A stretch of 64,000 bases of DNA from Octopus sinensis (lineage: Eukaryota): NCBI RefSeq assembly GCF_006345805.1, contig NC_043000.1:71920001-71984000 (forward strand), given 5' to 3'. The position numbers were made by a program, and so were the translations under genes. Below, one piece after another: positions 39,971 through 53,600 of this stretch; the first letter of the stretch is position 1, and every line of letters begins with the position of its first letter. The notes below the pieces were generated by a model, which did not search any database, was not told where the DNA came from, and saw only the letters and a list, made by a program, of their open reading frames with translations.

Positions 39971-42900
39971 AACCAACCCGAGTATCTGTGAAAATGAATG
40001 ATAATTGTCAGTTAGCTGCTAAATATAACATGGAATGATTCTGCTTTGAGCTGCGAAATCTGATAGCTAACGTTTAACCAAACGTACAATTCTCAACTCT
40101 ACTAGTATTTCAGTAAATTCTTTGATTTTAACAGAGATGATGTTATTTTCGTTGACACCATAACACAATCCAATATCTTTTATAATTTATCAAAGCTATA
40201 TGCGTTTGTTACGCAATCTTAAGATTTATTAATGTAATTTGTTAAGAAAGATTCTTCTTATATAACAGTTATATTGTTAAGGAAATATGTGTAAGAGGAA
40301 ACGACTAAATTATCTAAAAACTCTCCAGTTTTGTTCTCTTTGTATTGGTCGTTTTGTATTGGACTGTAGATATATCGTCTAGAGTAACAGCTCTGTAAGA
40401 AATAGTCTTACAAGAATTTACATCGATTTAAACGAGTAAACACACACATATACACATACATCTGTGTGTGGTTGTGTCTTTTAATACATTATTATATTAC
40501 CCGTAGCTTACAATCAATGTTGCTATTTTGCCTCTTCTTTTATGAAGATTTAGGAGAATATCTAAATGGTTGCCATCACTAAATGTGATGATATCAACTC
40601 GTGCTATGCAACCAACATATCAGTTTGGTGTGTTGGTTGCATAGATGACGAAAGAGAAAGCGTGCATTCTTTCGTAACATCAGTGCAACTTGGCTTCACT
40701 GGAAGAAGTGATACCGTCGGTAGTTGCCGCAAACGTTGTGATCACTATTTGGCTGTTGAAAAGAGTGTCCCACAGTTTGATGGCATTTAGTCTATAAAGG
40801 GGTTAGCTCTCTAAATGCAAATGATTAAAGTGCTAGACGGTAATAGCTCAGAATGGCTACAATCAACTTGCTAAAACCAGTAATCACACAGTTAGAATGA
40901 ATAAAAACAATTCCCCTAATAAATATGGAAATTTGTATTGCTTATTAACGTAATTATATTAAATTCTTAATGCAAATTAATTAATATCATACCATTATAT
41001 TTATCAAATTAATCAGTAATCTATATAATACTAAAAGTCTGTGATTGCTTGCTTGTGTGCTTGTCTGTAATTTAATACAACCAAACCTGTGCATAATGGG
41101 AAAAATGCTTTGAAAGTAAGGTACCACAAGAATGTGAAAACAAACGGAATAAAACAAGTTTTGCGTGAATCGGATCACGGGTTCCCGAGGTACGCAGCTT
41201 TTTCGGGTTTCTTGAACTATTGGTAATCCAACAGGTTACAGCTAGCCTAGTTAATTACTTAAAATTTCGTAGTACCATATTTAAATCATACACAGTATTG
41301 CTTTAGAGTCACAACTTGGGCTAACTTTTTAGATGTTTCCTTAGACCTTAAAACTAATTCCCATAAGCCCTTCCATAAAACTACCGAAAATCTTAAATAC
41401 ATCAATAAACACTCCTGTCAGCCACCTATTGTATTTAAAATCTTAACTCAACAGTAGCCGTAGGATCACATGCCTTTCTTCTAAAGAAATATTCGAAAAG
41501 TCTGCTCAATATTATAATAAGGTTCTACAGAACAGTGGCTTTATTTATAAAATCTTTTACAACTTCTACACCTCCTCTATCATATAGTCGTAAGAATTAA
41601 TCTCGGAAAGTTTTATGGCTCGCCCACTTTCTCCTTTAGTGTTCGGACAAGTATAGGGAAAAAAATTCTTGCACTTAATAGATACTCAATTTCCTAGAAC
41701 CCATAGACACAACAGGCACATGATTAAAATTATCTTTTCTTGCCCTAACAACCGATGTTAAGTCATATATCAATAAGCGACAGACGACTCAAGCATGCCC
41801 TGGATGCTCATGTAGAGACAAATCTAAATGTCCTCTAAGACAGAAATGCGATATATCTTCCGTTGTTTATGAAGTACCGGTACCGGCGAACTATGGCAAT
41901 GGTCGAACAGAAATGGCAATGGTTATATCGGAGCATTAGAAGGAAAGTTTAAATCCGGATATAACAGTCTTTCGAATGTTAGACACCATAAGAGACATTC
42001 AACTACCCTTTCGTCTTTAATCTGGAAGCTTATAGACTAAGAGACCAACTACGATATCAAATGGAAAATCCTTTCTAAAACCAGAGCCTATATTAAAGGG
42101 TCCAAAAGATGTTCAATATGTTCTCTTGAAAAACTTTATCTCTTAAAAACCCGAGAGCCTCAAACGACTACATAAATTCCAGGAACGAGATGTTTTCTGC
42201 ATTTTAAAATCCTTTTATGTATGTATGTATGTATGTATGTATGTATGATGTATGTATGTATGTATGTATGTATGTTGTATGTATGTATGTATGTATGTAT
42301 GTATGTATGTATGTGTGTGGGCGTGTGAGTATGTGTGTGTGTATGTGTGTGTGTGTGTATACATCTTGGCGGGATTTAAAAATAGGCCATCAGACATCTT
42401 AATAATACTAAAACTCTAGGGATGTTTGTTTGGACGCGAAATATCTCAGAAATAGTATATTTTATCTTAATTTTTTTGCATATTTATTTTTGTACTTACC
42501 TTCGGCAGTTGCAGTACAATTTTTTCTGACATTTGGATCTCTATTTACTAATGATAAACACAATTTTTGTTTGTTATTTCTTGACCAAAGGAAAAACAGC
42601 TTTCGTGACGTCAACTCACATACACACATACAGAATACATACACTTATAATGAATGTCATGGCTTGTCAATCAACACAAACACACGTCCGCTATATGTGA
42701 CATATACACACACATAGTCTTCGCTCTCGCTAAGAAAAAAAAAACCTCGACTTTTTGACGTACACAATATTTTAATCATTTAGAAATATTTTTAACTGAA
42801 TGTGATTTCAAAAATGCAAGTTGTTTGTACAGTAAGTATTTATATTTTAGCTTTCTTTAAACAGACAATATTTCAATGTTTTTTTGGTTATTTAATTATT

Positions 42901-43229
42901 TTCAAGTCGTTACTTTCTGTAAAAAATGTTTTATTTAAAGTGAAAGAGAGATGAAAGTGAAAGATGTATGTACGTGTATATGAAATGGAGGTGTGTGTGA
43001 AAGAGAGAGTGAGAGAGAAAAAGAAAGAGGGGAAGAGAGAGAAAGTGAGAGGGAGGAAGAGAGAGAAAGAAAGAGAGGAAAAAAAGAGAAAGAGAGCGAG
43101 AGAGAGAAAGAGAGTGAAAGAGAGAGAGAAAGAGCGGGAAAGAGTGAGTGAAGGGGTGTGTTGTCATATATACGTACATACATCAATATATATGCGTACA
43201 TCTTTTAGTATGTACGTGTGCATGTGTGC

Positions 43230-43283
<54 letters not shown>

Positions 43284-45991
43284 TAGGGAATGAGTGAGTG
43301 AACGTGTGTGTTCTCATGTATAAATGGCTCTCTCCCTCTTTCACATACACACGTCCATTTCATATACACGTTCATTCATCTTTCACTTTCTCCTGTCTTT
43401 CACTTTAAAACAAAGTAAATAAATAAAATCAACGAACAAAATCAACTGATCTGGCTGACAGTTCTGAGATTCAAAGTGAAAGATCGCCCCAATGGAATAC
43501 CATTACAAAAAGTTTTTCGAGTGCATTTAACGTATATCAGCTCCAAAGATTCATATATATATTCATATGTATATATACTCAGGCCTATTTTTTTAGGAGG
43601 AGATAGCCAACAAGACACGCACCAGGCATTCCATTCATTTCCCAGCTCGTTAATCCAGCAAAACAAACCTGGAATTACCCATCAGAAGAATTACAGCGGG
43701 ATTATCAGAAGAATTACAGGTCATACTAAGCGATCATTGATGTTTATTACTACTTGATGCGGTTGGCCGAAACCTGGAATATACCTGAGAGATATTATAG
43801 TACTCGCCAGCACAATTTATACCTATAAACGCACCTTAATTACTGTCTTGGTCAAAAATATTAGGCATCCCAAATGTTTTGGGGTTCTGCAATCTCAATG
43901 TTAATGAAACTCGTTTTCACAAAATACATTAGTTTTAATATCTGGTTGACCCACCTTTAGCATCACTTACCGCTTTTATACGGTTAGGCATTGAATGAAC
44001 TAGTTTCTTGCAGGTGCTAGGCGCATTTTACTCCATTCTCCTCTCAATTGTTCCTGATAGCTTCACCAAGCGTTCCCCATAGGTGTTCGATCGGATTTTG
44101 ATCGGGACTTTGAGCCGGCCTGTCCATAGGAACGATACCCCATGTCTCAAACCATTGACGAGTATTCTTTGCTGTATGACATGGAGCGTTGTCCTGTTGA
44201 AAGATAACACTGTTTTTCGACACTCCTAGATGCAATTTAGCAATTTATGGCTCTAAAACATCCTATAACATAGAAACGTAAGTAGCTGGATTCATCCTTC
44301 TCTGACATAAAACCATTTCTCCGGGTCCTGTGGCAGACATGCAGGCCCACAACATAATAGAACCAACCCAATGTTTTACGGTTGGTACCGGACATTCAGC
44401 CTTAAATGCTTCCCCAACTCCTCGACGCACGAAAGCTGCACCAGATGTACCGAAAACCTGAGTAAAATCATGAAAAATAATATTAGATTTATGTTGGATA
44501 CATTTTCATACATATTTGGGGCAACATGGAAAAGCGTCTTCGTGGGCCAAAAACTACTCAAATTGGACCAGTGAGCAATGGTCGAAAGTCAAATGGTGTG
44601 ATGAAAGAAACTATGAAACAAAATAGTACTTGTATTCAATCAATATATAAACTTAATGTAACTGGTTTGTTGCCCCAAATATGTATGAAAATGTATCCAA
44701 CATAAATCTAATATTATTTTTCATGATTTTACTCAGGTTTTCGGTACATCTGGTGCAGCTTTCGTGCGTCGAGGAGTTGGGGAAGCATTTAAGGCTGAAT
44801 GTCCGGTACCAACCGTAAAACATTGGGTTGGTTCTATTATGTTGTGGGCCTGCATGTCTGCCACAGGACCCGGAGAAATGGTTTTATGTCAGGGAAGGAT
44901 GAATCCAGCTACTTACGTTTCTATGTTATAGGATGTTTTAGAGCCATAAATTGCTAAATTACATCTAGTAGTGTCGAAAAACAGTGTTATCTTTCAACAG
45001 GACAACGCTCCATGTCATACAGCAAAGAATACTCGTCAATGGTTTGAGACATGGGGTATCGTTCCTATGGACAGGCCAGCTCAAAGTCCCGATCAAAATC
45101 CGATCGAACACCTATGGGGAACGCTTGGTGAAGCTATCAGGAACAATTGAGAGGAGAATGGAGTAAAATGCGCCTAGCACCTGCAAGAAACTAGTTCATT
45201 CAATGCCTAACCGTATAAAAGCGGTAAGTGATGCTAAAGGTGGGTCAACCAGATATTAAAACTAATGTATATATGAATCTCTGTGTGCGTCTGCGTATAC
45301 AAACACAAATATTCAAACATACAAACTCACATACATGCATACAATACATATCATACCACTTTTCTTCACCTTTGTACGGCCACACCTCGAATACTGCTGT
45401 CCACTGTGGTCTCCCCATACAAGACAAAACATCTCGAGGATTGAATCACCCCAGAGAGCACTCACTAAACGAATTGAAGGCATGGCTGCTTTCGATTATT
45501 GGGATCGCCTTAAAGCCTTGAAACTCTACTCTTTCCAGCGTCGCCGTGAGCGGTACATCATTTGTACGATGTGGAGAATATACTGCCAACTTTGCCCAAA
45601 CGACCTGAACATTAGCTTCAAGGTTCATCCAAGACTGGAACCACGGGCCATACGTCCCCTGCCCAATTCAAGATCACAGCATACATGTACACTGCAACAT
45701 AATTTCTTTTCCTTAACAGGCCCTGCCCTATTTAACATTGTCCCGAAAGAGATCAAAGAGGAAAAGGATCCCATCAACTTTAAACGGAGTCTGGATAGAT
45801 TCCTTCAAGGAATACCAGATAAGCAACCCATAATTGGATATAACTCACTCAACAAAATCTCACTACTTGAATGGACCATAAACAAAATTTGACTTAAACA
45901 GGATTCAGATAATCCTATCAGGTGGTGCTATTAAGTTAGACATGGCCTGGACCAATCTTTGGTCGAAACATATCTAAGGTTTATCTAAGTT

Positions 45992-46023
<32 letters not shown>

Positions 46024-47622
46024 CATACATACATACATACATACACTCACACCACATTTAGCTCCCGTATAATTTTGTCAAGGAATACAGCTTCTATAAT
46101 GTTGCTTTTAACATGAACTTCAAAATGTTCAGAACTATGCAGTTCAATACTTGAGCTTTATCATTACATTATAAAACTTTTAATCATAATAAAATTGCTT
46201 TTGATTTCAAATATCTTCAACAACTCAATAGTACTGTAATTTTTTACCTAAGACGCTGTTCTGATGAATAACTATTCACAAGATTCTGATATTTTTTTCA
46301 AGCTGAAATATCATCATTCACAAACAAATCAAGATAGCTCCAATACTGACCTTTACATGGTTGAATATGAAAGTTATGGGCAATTTCTTCCAAAGCCGAA
46401 TAACTTACAACTTGATATACTCCAAGGATTGCATCGCTAGCAATTGATTTTAATTCTTCAATTTCATAGCGGTTCCCAACACCAATTGCATAAACATTCA
46501 CACCAAGAGAATGTAACTTTTCTGCCTCTTCTTTTGTAGCTTTTGTATCACGTGACAGCCCGTCTGTAATGACAATCGCTACAATTGGGCCATCGTGTCC
46601 CTTTGGATCGGCAATAATTTCTCTTCGAAGTAGATTTAATGCAGCAGCTGTATTTGTTAGTCCAGTACGGTATGGAATTTGAGAAATGGCTTCCTTCAAA
46701 GTAGCAATTGCAGTGTAACGATTTAGAGGAATATCTAAATGGGCGGTGTCACTAAATGTGATGATACCAACTCGAACTTGCGATTGCCCAGTGCCAATAT
46801 CAAAAGTATCGACCACATTGCTCACAAATTGCAGTAATTCTTTGTAGTCTTGAATCCATATGCTACTTGAGGAATCTAATAAGAAATATATGTCTGCAGC
46901 CTTGCTGGAACAGCCTGGAAAGATAGATTTAGTAAAGAATTCTTTTGTATCAAAGTCAATTTGAAAGGATAGAAAATGAATGCAAAGTAATTATTGAACC
47001 TTGATTTAAACAAGCGAATGAAGATTCAAACAAGCGAATAAAATCGCAAACATATAACACTTTATCATTTAGAAAGCTATAAATTGAGAATTATAGTGAC
47101 TCTATTTTATAGTTATATATTTAACATGCTCATTATTCATGGAAACATTTTCATATATCTCAGCAGCTGAAACCTATAAAATGTTCATGAAATACAAATA
47201 AAATTGTATGCAATTATGGGAACTTCCCCAGAAATAGACAAATGCATTACAAAATTAGAAATCAAAAACAGAAAATTTCATATTCAGCATCTGATTCCAT
47301 TCATCTGTGAATACAAAATTTAACAGTAGCTAAGCATAATATTTCACCTGTATAATAAGTAAAAAGGGATAGAAATATTTTGTGCAGGCAGTTGTTGCAC
47401 AGTAAATTCTTTATGGTGAACATATTGAAAGAAAATTTCCTCGAGTGATAAATTCCCTGCAACGTATCTTAATCACCAGTAAACACATGTCAAGGCAAAT
47501 TTTATTGTCAGATTATATAATTTAAGAATTAAACGCGTCCCATTAGAATGAATTTTAACGAAATTGCTAAAAGTGGTTAGGATAAATTTTTTATAACTAC
47601 AAGTCACACACACACACACACA

Positions 47623-47675
<53 letters not shown>

Positions 47676-50600
47676 ACATACATACACACATATATACATA
47701 TGTATGTTTATAAGTACGAGGTGGCATCTGTCTTATAGCACGCACCTCAGCACTGACAACACAGGAGCCAATCTCACTGCAAGCCCGTCGGTTGCTTTGC
47801 TTTTTCTAAATGCTTCTTCTGAATTTGTAAATCCCTCTCTAATGTAACTTTCCCTATTGCTACATCCCTACAAAACCTTATCGACTCTTTTCTAATTGCC
47901 CTTTTCAGGGTAAGTCACCATCTGTTGTTGACGGTTTCTCTCATCAACACTCGCTTAACTAATTCACTAATTCGGTAACTATAAGCTTGACATGCCCTGA
48001 AAGGCGCACTCATCTTCCAGTAACCGACGAACTTTTCATGAGTTCCATCTATGTCGACCATTCAGATCACAAATTTGTGCTCTGTGTAGCCGGCAATTTT
48101 AAAATGTGGAAAAGCCTATGCTATTCCAATTTACTGGCCTACAGAATAATCTATCTACATACGATCTGGATAACCTGATGTTCGTCCATAGCGCATCTGG
48201 GAAATCCAGTCGATACCTCTCGGACAGTTGGAAATGTCAGAGTAAGTTTGCGAGGTACACTCCTCTCTTATTGGCTAGTCCCACACAGTCCCTGCGTGCA
48301 TCCAAGATGTTGTTCCAGTTATCTACTAGCATTGAAGAACATAAAGAAATCCGGCTACCCCATCCCGCTGTTGGGTTATACAGGGCTCTTTGTCTGAAAG
48401 TGTGGCCTCTGCTGTTGGTCGCATCCAGTAATACTGACTTATCTTGTGCATCCAGGAAGATGGTCCGTATCTCTAAATCTAGCCCTTTCCGAAACAACAC
48501 AGCTCATGTCTCAGTAATTCTGATTTTGTTGATAGCCATCACATCTATCTAGTGTCCTGAGATCTTTGATCAAGTGTTTCTGCTTTCAGGCCACATGCAG
48601 TCACACTACCTATTTCTTAGTAACGCCATATTCAACAAGAGGGTGGAAAGTGAGAAGAAACACCTTATTTCTGTGGAATGACGTACTCTCCTTTTAGCTA
48701 CTTGTCAGTGTCTCCACACGCATTTCTTTTATAGTATATCTTTTGTAGTTCCTCGGAAATTCCCCATTACCTTCGAATATCTCGCCGTCATCGCGTTGTA
48801 TGCTTCTTGATGTGTTCTTAGAATCTGAATATAAATTGTCATGCTATGCGATGGCGTCATGTAATCATTGTATGTAATTTTTGTATATTGATGTATTGAG
48901 TCATCCCATAAATAATGCTTTTTTTTTCAATTGCATGAACTAAAAGTCGGAAGGAGGCCGGGATAGACTACCTGCATCAACTTACTATAAAAGCAGGTAA
49001 TAATTTTACCTTGTCCTTATTCTAAGTGCAAGTTTTGAAGAGTGCAGTTCGATTTTAACATTCATATTTTCAAAGCTATAATGAGAATATTCGGAATATT
49101 TTGCTTATTGAGTTCAATAAAGGCAACAACGCAACGGAAAGTGTGAGGAATATTAATATTGTGGATGTCGAACAATGAGCGTAAGTCAATATCAAATGTA
49201 GTTTCAGAAATTTCGAGCCGGAAATTACAGCCTAGAAGACGAACCTCGTCCTGGAAGGTCTGAAGAGCTTGACGAGTATGTCCTGCAAACCCTGGTGGAA
49301 GAAAATCCCATCGTAACTGTTGAGTAACTTGCAGAGAAACTTGGATTTGGTCATTCAACCATTCATCGACACCTGAGTGCCATCGGAAAAGTCAGCAAAT
49401 CGGGCCAATGGGTTCCTCACAAACTTTCTGAGTCTAATCGCGCGCAGAGAGTGAATATGTGCTCTTCTTTGCTATCACATCTCACGAATGGACCTTTTTT
49501 GGACCGAACAGTGACTGGTGACGAGAAATGGGTTCTCTATACAAATGTTAAGCGCTGCAGACAGTGGGTAGGGAAAGGAGAAATACCAGCACTCAGGCTA
49601 AAGAAGGTCTTCTTATCTGTTTGTTGTGATATGAAAGGTTTAGTTCACTTTGAACTTTTAAACCCAAACGAAACGATAATAAAGGGGATCTACTGCGAAC
49701 AGCTTGAACGGCTTAAGTCAGCTCTAGAAGGAAAACGACCATCTTTAGTCGTTGCTCTGTATTTGTGATGTTGGTACAAGAAGGGATCGTGTTTCTTTCA
49801 CGACTCATTGGGGGTAGAAAGCCTTTAAGTGGGTCACAGCGTCACATATTTAACATCTTAGCTTTCTCCTCTCTACTGTCACGGACATGTGCGTGCCGTT
49901 CGTGAGGTCCATCAGTTCAGATATGTTTTCTTGAATTGTTTGTATTGTCAGTACCATACTTATTTCTCACCAGTTTTATTTTGGCTTATTTTCATTTCCA
50001 GAATTGCCGCATCTTCCTCTCTATCGGCCTAGATGGCTGCGATCAACTAGATGATACATATTTCTAGCAGCACGTTTATGTCTCTTACTTTTGCCTAGCG
50101 CAAGGCAATAGCAGATAATTAGGCCAACTTCCTTATTCCTCAGTGTTGTAGAGTAGAATCCTGTCTCTGCTTCTGTTTTGAATCTCAGTTCAACTGTGCT
50201 ATCTCTTTTCCTCGTATGATGTAGGTCCATTGTTAATACGCACGTCTAAACTAATTTGTATTTTGTTCTCACTTGCACATTCCACTCGACGCGATTTTGT
50301 TTCAGTAGTCGCTCAGTCGGAGCTCTGTGCGGACTTCAACGAGACAAGTACTTTACAAATATCAACCAGAACTGTTAGACGAAGGCTTGTAGAGTACGGT
50401 CTGAAAGGTTGTAAAGCCAGGAAGAAGCCATGGGTTTCTGAAGCGTATATGGAAAAGCGTCTTCAGTGGGTCAAAAACTACTCAAATTGGACCAGTGAGC
50501 AATGGTCGAAAGTCAAATGGTGTGATGAAAGAAACTATGAAACAAAATAGTACATGTATTCAATCAATATATAAACTTAATGTAACTGGTTTGTTGCCCC

Positions 50601-53600
50601 AAATATGTATAAAAATATATCCAACATAAATCTAATATTATTTTTCATGATTTTACTCAGGTTTTCGGTACATCTGGTGCAGCTTTCGTGCGTCGAGGAG
50701 TTGGGGAAGCATTTAAGGCTGAATGTCCGGTACCAACCGTAAAACATTGGGTTGGTTCTATTATGTTGTGGGCCTGCATGTCTGCCACAGGACCCGGAGA
50801 AATGGTTTTATGTCAGAGAAGGATGAATCCAGCTACTTACGTTTCTATGTTATAGGATGTTTTAGAGCCATAAATTGCTAAATTACAACTAGTAGTGTCG
50901 AAAAACAGTGTTATCTTTCAACAGGACAACGCTCCATGTCATACAGCAAAGAATACTCGTCAATGGTTTGAGACATGGGGTATCGTTCCTATGGACAGGC
51001 CAGCTCAAAGTCCCGATCAAAATCCGATCGAACACCTATGGGGAACGCTTGGTGAAACTATCAAGAACAATTAAAAATACAGAGCATTTGTATCAAAAGT
51101 TGAGAGATGAATGGAGTAAAATTGCGCCTAGCGCCTGCAAGAAACTAGTTTATTCAATGCCTAACCTATAAAGCAGCCACCGTACTTCACCTTGAACAAA
51201 TGGTCAACAGCCAATCTTACTGCAAGTATGGACATGTAGTAAATGCTAGGGCGCGAGCAAGAAATACGAGGGCAAGAAACACGTTCGATGGGCTTGGTGG
51301 CAGAGGGGCAGCTTGCAAAAAACTGCAATTCGGTTCATGACGGATTTCAGCAAGTGTATACTTTTCGATTCTAAGCAGACTTGTGCGGTTTTCCAGGACA
51401 TTTTATTAAACTATTTTTGGTGAGTAGCACGCTGGTGACAGTGAAATGTGATCTCTGTCTGTACGGTTCCTGCGACTCTCGTCCAGGGGAAGAAAGATTC
51501 GAACGAAGGGTGGGGACATATGAGAAAACATTTGACTCATAACTGTGTTTAACACAGAATTAAAGATTTTGGCAATGATGCTCGTTAAGAGGCCTGCGCT
51601 TGTCTCCGGCAGTCTAGTCTGAGAAGCGCAAATCCGTGCGTTCCTCGGTAGATCTATCCACCCCGTGGTGATGCATCCTTGTGCAATATTTCAACTGGAA
51701 TAGATCTGGCTTTTGAAGGTGTTGGTCAATTTGGATCTGCTCAAAGCTTTCATCAGCAGCCTCATTGCTGCTCAGCTCACGCGAATTGGATTACTTCCAG
51801 TTTGCTGAAAACTGCAATAGACGGTTGCTGAGAGGGGACCGAGAAAGTCCGCATGTGATAGGAGAATGAGCTAATCCCACAGATTTACACCTCACACAAC
51901 GACTTTAGCATGTCTACTACTTCGTCTACGGATGGCTGTCATAAGAGCATCCACTTTCTGTCTCGACTTCAGAGATTAGGTGTACAGTATCAGCTGTTCG
52001 ATGGTTAAGCTAGCTGGCTTGTATTCTCGGAACAGTTTAGCAAACAACACTCAATTCATTAATGATTCTCTCTCTTCCTTCTCTTGTATATTGTAGTTCT
52101 GAAGCCATTGCTGTTGTGGATGGAGACTTTGAAGGGCACCTCATACTAATTGGGTTACAGGAGATCAGTGTCTGTATATTCGGGTGACGTCAATGTCATA
52201 TTTTCTGACACTTCGTACATAAAAGCATTCCACACCATACTCGAAGAGTACCAGAATTAAACATTTATACATATGAACTTTGACAAATCAATGCCAGCCA
52301 GCGGTGATTTCTGCCGCTGACCTGAGGGCCTGCATAAGGTAATAGGAATCTGGCACGAACCGGACCCCTAGATAGATAAGAACTAGGAAATGTCTCGAGC
52401 AGGGTGGCCATACTCACTCAGAAATTGAAGAGGGAAGTTGTTCTTCAAAGGTTGCGTGGAAGCGCCTAAGACATACATTGGTTTGGTAGTTTATTACCAT
52501 CAAAACGCAAGAAATATCAAACTAGCCTGGTGAGCATGCTTTTCTGCTTCGCATGGAAGAAACCGACTCTGGTGATTCATGTGTTACCAACACTCTCTCC
52601 AGACTCGTCTCAGGATACCATCACTGATGATGCCCGAACCGTCACTGTAGACATCACACATGCAGAAATATCATTACTATTGTGACTCTGGCGATAACTA
52701 AGAAAGCAAAAGCGAATTGGTGTGGGCGCTTTTTGTATGATAGTTCTCTTTGATAGAACTGTAATCGAAATTGGGCGTCTAATATCAAGATAGTTGCTAG
52801 GCTCTCTCATCACTCTACTAGCTGGACAATCCCGTTGGCGGGAAAACAACTATTGCATTCAATTGCAGGTTAGTGGAACGTATGACCGACGATGGTCTGA
52901 GAACAACTTTGGGCATTCACAAGATCAGCATGAGCAATCTCTTCAGAGACTATAAACAACTTTCGAAAGTTCTAGGCATGACAATGCTCCAGGGGTAAAA
53001 ATTACCTGTTCAAGACAACCTATAAAGGCACAAAAATGCCAAAAGCTGAATCTGACCGAGATGCACGTAGGATGCGAAACTGAAAGGCGGCATTTTCCTA
53101 CCAACTTCCAATGTCCGTAAACTATTGAGTCATGGCTATGCGCCGAATAGTTGCTATTACGCGCGGGATTAATCATACGAGTCTATAGAAAAAACGACCT
53201 ACCACTTCGCTTTGGCAAGGAAGGGCGCCTAAGTTTCCTCTATCCTGTGGCTATGATGAAAGAAATTGTGCGATAGGCTTCTCTGAAACGATTGAAGATA
53301 ACCATTTTCCTCTCTAGTAAAGCTCTCATCAACTTCGAGTATTATTTCTAGAGAAAGGTGAACATGGAGAGTGAAGGGTGGTGTTAAGTTATCCTTTTCT
53401 ATCTTGTCGATCATATCCATGCTTAGAATAGGCAGGTAAATGCACGAGGCCTGAGGCGGTTTTCTTAGGGATGTCCTGCTCTTTACTGTTGGTGGGCGGC
53501 TGGAATGCTATCTTGGATGCATGTTTGGAGTGTGTTGGGTTAGCTTGATAGGAAAAGAGGATGTAAAAAGCCCTTCATACTTGCTCAGACGGTTTCAGCT

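Noticed and set aside
40645-40800. [14 protein letters not shown] similarity to the VWA TDG...EKLH region
   Set aside because: Out of order relative to the exon and not convincing at DNA level.
12973-43233. Many ORFs of YI, CV, HT, SL, MYVC or IYLS repeats
   Set aside because: These are translations of di- and tetranucleotide microsatellites with no coding signal.
45930-45975. gacca/tggtc hairpin plus GAAAC in the LINE 3' UTR as a hammerhead
   Set aside because: No CUGANGA core or valid cleavage triplet.
47348-47456. Alternative phase 0-1 exon candidate (109 nt, open frame)
   Set aside because: Weak donor (gtgaaa) and weak acceptor context. The 56088-56115 micro-exon has much better sites and completes a signal peptide. 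Not strictly excluded.
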